From Octopus sinensis (taxonomy: Eukaryota), in NCBI RefSeq assembly GCF_006345805.1, contig NW_021824746.1:1-17806 (forward strand): 17,806 nt of DNA, given 5' to 3'. The notes beneath the pieces are model-generated. The model saw nothing but the letters and a program-made list of their open reading frames with translations. It did no database searches and had not been told where the DNA came from. Shown one piece after another: positions 9,659 through 17,806 of the stretch; positions within the stretch are counted from its first letter, which is position 1; each line of letters starts with the position of its first letter. Made by a program: the position numbers and the translations under genes.

Positions 9659-10047
9659 AGGCGTAGGAGTGACTGTGTGGTAAGTAGCTTGCTTACGAAC
9701 CACATTGTTCCGGGTTCAGTCCCACTGCGTGACGCTTGGGCAAGTGTCTTCTACTATAGCCACGGGCCGACCAAAGCCTTGTGAGTGGATTTGGTAGACG
9801 GAAACTGAAAGAAGCCCGTCATATATATATATATATATATATTTGTGTGTCTGTGTTTGTCCTCCCAACATCGCTTGACAACCGATGCTGGTGTGTTTCC
9901 GTTCCCGTAACTTAGCAGTTCGGCAAAACGAGACCGATAGAATAAATACTAGGCTTACAAAGAATAAGTCCTGGGGTCGATTTGCTTGGCTAAAGGCGGT
10001 GCTCCAGCATGGCCACAGTCAAATGACTGAAACAAGTAAAAGAGTAA
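9659..10047 (+). mobile_element. Near full-length tRNA-derived SINE (family B) with internal (AT)n and LINE-like tail
   Basis: A-box-like TGACTGTGTGGTAAG (9670-9684), B box GGGTTCAGTCCC (9712-9723), (AT)11 at 9821-9842, stem-loop tail 9995-10029. A homologous split copy lies at 12081-12290 and 14911-15072. Confidence 0.9.
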
Positions 10048-10060
10048 GCTTTTAAAGTTA

Positions 10061-10287
10061 TACATTATTTTCATTATTTACATTTGACAGATATTTGTCC
10101 TCATCTTGTTTGTTGTTAACACAACGTTTCGGCTGATATACCCTCCAGCCTTCATCAGGTGTCTTGGGGAAATTTCGAACTTGGGTTTTCTATTCCTAAA
10201 GTATTTTTCGATGTTATTATTATTATTCAGGTCACTGCCTGGAATCGAACTCGGAAGCTTGGAGTTAGTAGCCCATACTCTTAACCA
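10061..10287 (-). mobile_element. tRNA-derived SINE (family C) carrying a hammerhead ribozyme; first ~16 nt of head missing
   Basis: Minus: TGGTTAAG..GAGTTCGATTCC (B box)..GACCTG(AAT)n spacer, body, hammerhead at 10163-10118, and a short duplicated tail AATGTAAATAATG-AAAATAATGTA. Confidence 0.85.
10118..10163 (-). ncRNA. Minimal type-I hammerhead ribozyme, intact core
   Basis: Minus: GACAC-CTGATGA-A-GGCTG-GAGGGTATAT-CAGCC-GAA-ACGT-T-GTGTT. Stem I GACAC/GTGTT, stem II GGCTG/CAGCC, palindromic stem III ACGT, GUU cleavage triplet (cut between 10123 and 10122). Confidence 0.85.
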
Positions 10288-10605
10288 GGGGCATATGACG
10301 TAGTGGTTAAGAACGTGGACTAACTAACCCCAAGATTCCGAGTTCGATTCCAGGCAATGACCAGAATAATAATAATTTTGAGATTTTGAGTCGCATAAAC
10401 TTCTAATAATAGCAGCATTTATATCCCTCAAATACGTAATATCGTCTTTAAAAAAAAATGGGAGAAAAGAATAAGTTGGGTATCGTAAGTCCTAAATGCT
10501 ATACTACGTCTGATAATTAAATAGTATGGTCACGGCTGGAAAGTTTTCATCTTTCACCAACTTGATCAGAGATGATCTGGGCCTCAACAATAAAAAACAA
10601 CAATC
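10288..10605 (+). mobile_element. tRNA-headed SINE with the same head as family C; body probably ends in a (CAA)-type tail
   Basis: GGGGCATATGACGTAGTGGTTAAG (A box 10296-10307), B box GAGTTCGATTCC (10340-10351), (AAT)n to 10376. The head (10288-10376) is well supported. Linking 10377-10605 to it is inferred from similarity to 1-128. Confidence 0.6.
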
Positions 10606-10712
10606 CTTTATTGTTAAAATATACAACAGGATGTTTTCACAAGTTGTTATGGATATATTTGTGTTATCTGTTTTATTTGTTTATTTATTTTATATGTGTA
10701 CATGTTTGTATA

Positions 10713-10824
10713 TGCGCATGCGCGCGTATGCATGTGTGTATTCGTGCGCGTGTGTGTGTGTGTGTTGTCTGCGTACACGCGCGCGCGCTTTATCATGTAA
10801 CAAACAGTGGAAGATGGCGGAAGT
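10713..10824 (+). promoter_or_regulatory. Candidate promoter motif cluster (NRF1-like, YY1-like, ETS-like) in a CpG-rich patch
   Basis: TGCGCATGCGC 10713-10723; AAGATGGCGG 10811-10820 overlapping CGGAAGT 10818-10824. Motif match only. Confidence 0.3.
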
Positions 10825-10959
10825 ACAATGATGTTAAGAAACGTTTAACCTCACAGCGGCGCTTTCAAAGTGGAGTCTTTCGGTGCTTTGGCATATATTT
10901 CGTTATGCGAATGTTAGGGACTGAGAGAGATAGTTCTTTTGTGTGTGTAGCTTACATAT

Positions 10960-10974
10960 ATATACAATATACGT

Positions 10975-11014
<40 letters not shown>

Positions 11015-11334
11015 TGTGTGTGTGTATGTGTGTGTTAGTTTATATATAATTATTTATATACATATATATATGCATACATATAAACGAATATATATAAATA
11101 CACATTTATATGAATTGATAGAATAAACAGATGCAGCAATATGCCTATGATTATATGTATATATTTACTATATATTTATATATACATATATATACATACA
11201 TACGTATACACACATGTATACCTACATGTATACACATGTACACACATATATACCTAAATACTCTCTCTTCTCTCTCCCTCTTTCTCTCTCTCTCTCTCTA
11301 TATATATACACATATATATATACATATATATGTA

Positions 11335-11367
<33 letters not shown>

Positions 11368-11535
11368 TATATAATATATATAGTATATATATATATATAT
11401 ATATACATATATATATACATATATATATTGTATATATGTATTATACATATATACATATATATTCATATATATATATATATATATATATCGATATATATAT
11501 ATATTTATACATATATAGGTATATATATATATATC
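10960..11535. repeat. Large compound (TG)/(TA)/(CT)/(TACA) microsatellite block
   Basis: Directly visible; accounts for ORFs 11131..11628, 11214..11540 and 11254..11547. Confidence 0.93.
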
Positions 11536-11776
11536 GTTAGTCCACATTACAATTGTTTCACTCCGTTCTCCTTGGTTATAATTGTAGAATCTATGCGAAA
11601 ATTTGTGGATTTTGAGGCATCCGTTTGATATAACAGTCTCCAGATTATCATGTCAGATAGCCTGGATCCGTGAACCCGTGGATGAGCTTAATAGGATGAA
11701 AACTTCAAGGTAATAAAATACGGATTAGAAGCTAAGAAGTGGTTTTACACTGTTAATCGCACTACGTCGGTTACAA

Positions 11777-12030
11777 GGGTTCCAGCTGACCAACGGAACA
11801 GCCTGCTCAAAAAATTAACATGCATATGGCTGAGTACTCCACAGACACACGGGGAGATTCAGCGTGACAGAGAATGTGGCAAGACTGGCCCTTTGAAATA
11901 AGGTGCTACTCATTTTTGCCAGCTGAGTAGACTGGAACAACATGATGTGCCTTGCTCAAAGATATAACGCACTACCGGGAATTGAACTGATGGCCTTTCG
12001 ATCATGAGCCGTATATTCTAAGCATTTAAC
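11777..12030 (-). mobile_element. Diverged tRNA-derived SINE (family D)
   Basis: Minus-strand B box AGTTCAATTCCC (11977-11988) followed by TCTTTGAGCAAGGCAC and CCAGTCTACTCAGCTGG..AAATGAGTA blocks, typical of invertebrate tRNA-SINE bodies. Confidence 0.65.
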
Positions 12031-12080
12031 AACATGTCATCACTTATTTGGCTCAGTTGTCGTTCCAAACGTACGAACAT

Positions 12081-12290
12081 TTACTCCTTAACTCTTTTAC
12101 GTGATTCAGTCATTTTGACTGCGGCCATACTGGAGCACCGCCTTTAGTCGCACAAATCGACCCCCAGACCTATTCTTTGTAAGCCTAGCAATTATTCTAT
12201 CGGTTTCTTTTGCCGAACCGCTAAGTTATGAGGACATAAACACACCAGCATCGGTTATCAAGTGATGATGGGGGAACAAACACAGACACA
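12081..12290 (-). mobile_element. 3' half of a family-B SINE
   Basis: Revcomp aligns to 9843-10047, including the stem-loop tail at 12107-12142. Confidence 0.9.
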
Positions 12291-12311
12291 AATATATACA
12301 TATACATACAT

Positions 12312-12400
<89 letters not shown>

Positions 12401-12406
12401 GATGTA

Positions 12407-12476
<70 letters not shown>

Positions 12477-12488
12477 TTATATATATAT
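12291..12488. repeat. (TACA)/(TA)/(TATG)/(TG) microsatellite: expanded internal SINE repeat
   Basis: Directly visible; occupies the position of the (AT)11 in the intact copy. Confidence 0.9.
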
Positions 12489-14860
12489 CAAAGCACCGGA
12501 GGACCTAAAACTAAGGCCCATCGTGGCTGGTACCTCCTGTGAAACACACCGCCTGAGTAACTTCCTAGACATCCTTTTGAAACCTTTCCTTACCCACATC
12601 AAAATTTCATTAGGGATGATCTGGACATGCTCAAACACCTCCCGAAAAACAGTTAACGAGGAGGCACTCCTGGTATCTTTGATGTCATCAACCTACACCA
12701 ACATTCCACATGAGTATGGTATAGAGGCAATTGACTTCTGGCTAGAAAAACACCAAGAGACATTCCCTGACCGCATTAACAAGTCTTTTATTACAGAATC
12801 TCTTAAGTTCATTCTGACAAACATTTTTTTTCGACGACACACAATACCGTCCGCAAAAATGTGGCATTGCGATGGGTAACAAGGCTGCACCAGTCTTGCG
12901 AACCTCATATGGGTTACTTCGAACTGTCACTCTATGAAATATCAAGCCAGAAATTTGGACATGTTTTCCACACCTACTAATGGAAACTGGAAAAGGTATT
13001 TAGATGATTGTTTCATCATATGGAAAGAACCATGAAAAACTCCTGGAATTCAAAACCATACTAAAACAACATACATTCCAAACATCCAATTCACTATGGA
13101 ATTAAGCAAACATCATCTCCCATTCCTTGATCTCCTAATTATAAAAAACACCTAAGAACCAAATCATAACAGACATCTACACAAACCTACAGACTCACAA
13201 CAATACCTCCTCTTTAGTTCATGCCACCAAAACACACCAAGACAAATATCCCTTTCAATTTAGCTAAAAGGGTATGCACCATTGTCTCGGATCCAAAAAC
13301 ACGAGAAATACGCCTTCAAGACCTCAAAAAAACACTATTACAACGTCAATATCCTCCACCTTATATGTATGGAATAAAACGCGCCAAAGAACTAGACAAC
13401 ACTACATGAAAAACACCAACCTAACACCACACACAACCTCAAATACTTCCATACATTCCACCCACAAACCCAAAAATATCGAAGCATACACCACAATCAT
13501 TACAAAACCTCAGTCTACTGTCAACAGACCCAAAATGAAAAACATTATAAATACACACCAAATCCTCAATGCAAAGGGCAACACAAATCTTTAAAAAAAC
13601 TCTTGACAAATGCCAAACTTCACACACCACATCCACCCCAACAGTAAAAAATGTGCACGCTCAAACTGTGGTACCTGCCCCTTTCTACTTGAAGGCTCTG
13701 AATTTACCTTCAAACAAGGTACGAAGTTTAAAATCAAGACAACTTCTCCTGTTCCTCCGAGAACCTTATCTACGTTCTCACATTGCGCTGGTTGCTAACA
13801 TAATTATGTTGGACAAACGAGTCCTCCGTTACGTAAACGAGTAACGGTGCATAAAGAACAAATAAATCTCCCGGAATACCGACAAATTCCACTGAGTGAC
13901 TACTTAGACTCATGTGCTAAAGACTTAAACCCCAAATTCTATATATTCCCCTTCTACCAATGTAAAGACGGGATCACCACACAGGAGAAATTAACAGGAG
14001 AATCTCTTTATTGAAAAATTCCAAACACAACTTAATATGCAAACTCCTCGTTGATCAAACTTCCTTTCTCTACCTCACTCTTCATGGATGGGACTAACAC
14101 AAATATATAAAGATACCATGATTCATCACTCAAGCTAAAACTATATTCTTTAAATATCATTTTTACTATTGTTGTTATTACTATCATTTTTTTATTATAA
14201 ATGATATGACAATTTGAAATGCAATTGTCTATGCAGATTTATTTATATTAGAAAATAATATAAATGAAAGTGTTAAAAATGAAAGTTAAGTTAACAAGCA
14301 ATTATATAAAAAAGATAATGCAAATGAAGCTAAATGATAGTTTATAATTTGGGTTTTATGAAGAACTCAAAAGAGTTGTCTCCCTTACTCACAACACAGG
14401 AACTGAAGAAAAGGACCACAATTACTACTACTTCCTGTCCTGCAAACATGCTGAATTTAACAACACAACACAACACATGCTCTTTAATCCCTTTGGATCT
14501 TAACACCCTCAAGGTAATTTTTTGGTAAACAACCATAAAACTCAAGATACACAACGAACTCACAATGTATCGGGAACTTATTTTTTAATTTTTGTACATT
14601 TTTATCATTATTTCTTTTACAAAAAACAATGCAATTTTCTTTTTCCCCTTTCTAATTTTTAAAAAACTTCTTAAAACATAAATATTCTGACAAGTCATAC
14701 ATGACGAAAACCGGTTGAATAAATATATATTTATATATTTTATCATTTTCTCATTTTATTAAAATTTCTTTCATTTGAGCATTCTGCATTTTAAAAAATT
14801 TTTCCTTACTTATCATTTCTCCACGTGCGGTCAACACAACCCCACCATTTATTGATCTCT
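12489..14860 (+). mobile_element. 5'-truncated, decayed Penelope-like element (RT + GIY-YIG + long 3' UTR/pLTR)
   Basis: LRPIV 12511-12525; frameshifted LVS(F)DV.NL.TNIPH; GIAMG 12863-12877; YLDD 12997-13008; PFLDL; KP.D..QYL; C..CGTC linker; NLIY 13762-13773; YVG 13805-13813; stop at 14052-14054. Many stops and frameshifts. The right boundary at (TA)n is inferred. Confidence 0.92.
14683..14721 (+). ncRNA. Degenerate minimal type-I hammerhead in the PLE 3' region
   Basis: TATT-CTGACAA-GTCA-TACA-TGAC-GAA-AACCGGTT-G-AATA. Stems I and II and the palindromic stem III are present. The core deviates at G8 (A) and at position 17 (G instead of H). Confidence 0.65.
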
Positions 14861-14874
14861 ATATATATATATAT

Positions 14875-14910
<36 letters not shown>

Positions 14911-14911
<1 letters not shown>

Positions 14912-15072
14912 ACGAGCTTCTTTCAGATTCCGTCTACCAAATCCACTCACAAGGCATTGGTCGACCCGAGGCTATAGTAGAGGAAACTTGCCCAAAGTGC
15001 CACGCAATGGGACCGAATCCAGAACCATGTGGTTGGGAAGCAAGCATGTTACCACATAGCCACGCCTACGCC
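14911..15072 (-). mobile_element. 5' half (tRNA head) of the family-B SINE split by the PLE
   Basis: Revcomp aligns to 9660-9820 (GGCGTAGGCGTGGCTATGTGGTAAC..GTAGACGGAATCTGAAAGAAGCTCGTT); preceded by (TA)n at ~14860-14909. Confidence 0.9.
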
Positions 15073-15205
15073 CATACATAAATATATAAGTCTAAATATA
15101 ACTAGCGCCAAAAGAGCAGATACATGTCTGTTAACTGAAAAGTTCATTCTCGCGGCTTTGAATGGTTGAATGGTAAAAAGTACGGAGAAAATTGTATATA
15201 TATAT

Positions 15206-15243
<38 letters not shown>

Positions 15244-15276
15244 GCAGGAGTTGAAGGGAAAGGGTAAAATATAGAA

Positions 15277-15414
15277 CAGGCATGAGCACCGTTTCTGAGA
15301 TGCAGCACATGAGATGTAGCTCAGCATCAGGCGGACCGCACAGCTAAAGAAAAAATTCAATGTATTTTATCATTATCAGAAGGTTTTGCGGGTCGCAGTT
15401 TTTGCCCATTGTTG
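15277..15414. mobile_element. hAT-superfamily MITE (138 bp)
   Basis: Identical 8-bp TSD ATATAGAA at 15269-15276 and 15415-15422. Ends are CAGGCATGAGCA.. and revcomp CAACAATGGGCA.. (diverged CA-starting TIRs). Internal GCGGACCGCA/TGCGGGTCGC subterminal motifs. Confidence 0.75.
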
Positions 15415-15506
15415 ATATAGAAACTAGAGCAGAGAAGGAGAGAGGGTAGCATTTATGGAGGGTTAGTTTATAACACCAGTTAAGAAGGGGAAATATAGAA
15501 TAATTG

Positions 15507-15537
<31 letters not shown>

Positions 15538-15803
15538 ACACACACGCATACACACACACACACAAACACACATACACACACACATACATACACACACGCA
15601 CACATACACGCACGCACACACACATACACACACACAAATACACACACACACATACATTACGTGTATGTTTATATGCTGTATATGTACAACACACACACAA
15701 GCCGCAAATATTCAGATAAACTAATAAGTCCTTTTTGTTTTCCAGCTCATTAACAAGCAAAGATCATGCACATCATTTAGTGGCTGTATATATATATATA
15801 TAC

Positions 15804-15877
<74 letters not shown>

Positions 15878-15977
15878 GATAGATAGATAGATAGGTAGAT
15901 AGATAAATAGATACATAGATACATAGATAGATATAGTTATAGATATTTGATATATATATATTATACGCACACACACG

Positions 15978-16017
<40 letters not shown>

Positions 16018-16040
16018 TACATATAAATATATATATATAT
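15507..16040. repeat. (CT)n, (CA)n, (TA)n and (GATA)n microsatellite blocks
   Basis: Directly visible, with a short unique spacer at ~15700-15787. Confidence 0.88.
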
Positions 16041-16119
16041 AAAGTCCAAACCACAGTTTAATTTGGCTTATATATATATATATATATATTAAGCCAAAAT
16101 TAATTGTGGTTTGGACTTT
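16041..16119. repeat. 30-bp inverted repeat around a (TA)n spacer
   Basis: 16041-16070 versus revcomp of 16090-16119: 27/30 identical; 19-nt TA spacer. Confidence 0.93.
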
Positions 16120-16175
16120 TTGATTCCTTCTAGTATGTAAGGCGACTTGTTAAAGCACACCCCTTTTCTGTTGAA

Positions 16176-16176
<1 letters not shown>

Positions 16177-16218
<42 letters not shown>

Positions 16219-16246
16219 TATAGTATATATATATATATATATATAT

Positions 16247-16312
<66 letters not shown>

Positions 16313-16388
16313 ATATATGTATATATTATTATTATTATATATATTATAATTATATATATATGTGTGTGGTTATTTATTATATAAATAT

Positions 16389-16421
<33 letters not shown>

Positions 16422-16524
16422 CACATACAGAGAAAGGGGAAGAGTGAGATGGAAAAGAAACGACAAAAATGCTAAAACAGGTCAGTTCATCTCAAATTCT
16501 TTGTAAACTCCTAAATATATCTCC

Positions 16525-16571
<47 letters not shown>

Positions 16572-16890
16572 AAATATGAACTTTTTTTAAACTTATAATT
16601 TTCTGTGTATATATAGATACTTCCAAACAAACATGATTTTTAATGAAATCCTAATATTTTTAATGAACTTTTTAAAATTTTCTCAAGATTTTTCCTTGCA
16701 AACTGTTTATAACATTTTTCTTATTATTATCAAAGAATGTATATATATTGTAATATTTTGTGACAACCAATACTTAACACAACAAAGCTTTTACAACGCT
16801 TTACATTTTACTTTTGACTATCTTTTTCTAAAAAAGTGAAATCGGTCAAGTGAATAAACATTTTTACAATTGCATTTTCAAACCTTCGTT

Positions 16891-16925
<35 letters not shown>

Positions 16926-16926
16926 G

Positions 16927-16993
<67 letters not shown>

Positions 16994-17119
16994 ATATATA
17001 TATATGTATATATGTATTTATATATATATATATATATAGATATATATATATATATATATATTACATGTGTGTGTGTTAAGATATATATATATATATATAA
17101 TATATATATGTATATTATG

Positions 17120-17151
<32 letters not shown>

Positions 17152-17160
17152 TGTATATAT
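16177..17160. repeat. Interrupted (TA)n, (TTA)n and (TATG)n blocks (~16177-16430, 16530-16570, 16870-17160)
   Basis: Directly visible; accounts for the N-terminal part of ORF 16850..17533. Confidence 0.85.
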
Positions 17161-17806
17161 GCCAGCAGAGATACTAGGCGTTCGTGTTACTGTAATTGAA
17201 GAATTATACTTTTCTGTTTTATTTTCTCTAATGAACTGGAATACCTATGATTCGAATTTCATCAAAATTGCAGATGAGGGTTCTTTCCCTAAAAAAATTC
17301 TAATCATGACACATGTATCCCATACTACTGATCTTTATGCGAAGATTCCAAAATTCCAGTCTTATGGGACCTATGAAAAGGATTTTGCTCCTGATAAATG
17401 GAGGTCATGGAGCTCTAAAATGTGGGAGTTAAGGCCCCTATTGGGGGTGGGTGTCTTAATGTCAACACGAGAAGTTAAACCGTTGAGAATCTTTTTAACT
17501 TGGGTCTTATATGTATTGTTCGAATTTCTTTGAAATAGGAAATATATGTATGTTCCCTGGGTTTGTAAAAGAGAGCAAAGCTACAGGAAACCAAAACACG
17601 AATGATCACAATAAGCAGTCAGCTACCCTACACTAGTAGTTACTACTCCCCAATGTAGGATTCCTCACCATACAGGTGACAGGCACAGCCGTAAGATGCA
17701 TTACGGATCTATAGCAATTGGAAGGGCGTGATCCAACTCAAACATAACAACTGTGTGACGTGAGGGCTAAGGGGAAATAAAAGTCTCACCTCTGGAGTTG
17801 CCCAGG

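Noticed and set aside
9659-10376. tRNA genes
   Set aside because: A/B boxes belong to SINE heads; no complete cloverleaf and they continue into SINE bodies.
17161-17533. Possible non-autonomous DNA element (AATTTCATCAAAATT / AAAATTCCAGTC motifs)
   Set aside because: No TIRs, TSD or second copy visible in the window.

Overview
AT-rich, microsatellite-dense eukaryotic non-coding DNA. The SINE families look like those of a coleoid cephalopod (Octopus-type); that assignment is an inference from recognised repeat types. I find no intact protein-coding gene. Nearly all ORFs in the supplied track are microsatellite translations or transposon remnants. The window is a nested mosaic of decayed mobile elements: an internally deleted piggyBac, a mariner remnant, two CR1/L2-like LINE 3' ends, several RLE-type (R4/Dong-like) non-LTR 3' ends, two Penelope-like (PLE) remnants, a hAT MITE with an 8-bp TSD, a ~1.5-kb foldback element, and about six tRNA-derived SINE copies. 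Highlights: (1) a tRNA-headed SINE carrying a minimal type-I hammerhead ribozyme with an intact core (10118-10163, minus strand), plus two decayed hammerhead relics at retroelement 3' ends; (2) a covarying double stem-loop 3' tail shared by LINEs and SINEs; (3) a PLE sitting inside a SINE's internal microsatellite; (4) a recurring architecture of short inverted duplications with 6-19 nt spacers; (5) an NRF1/YY1/ETS motif cluster that may mark a promoter.
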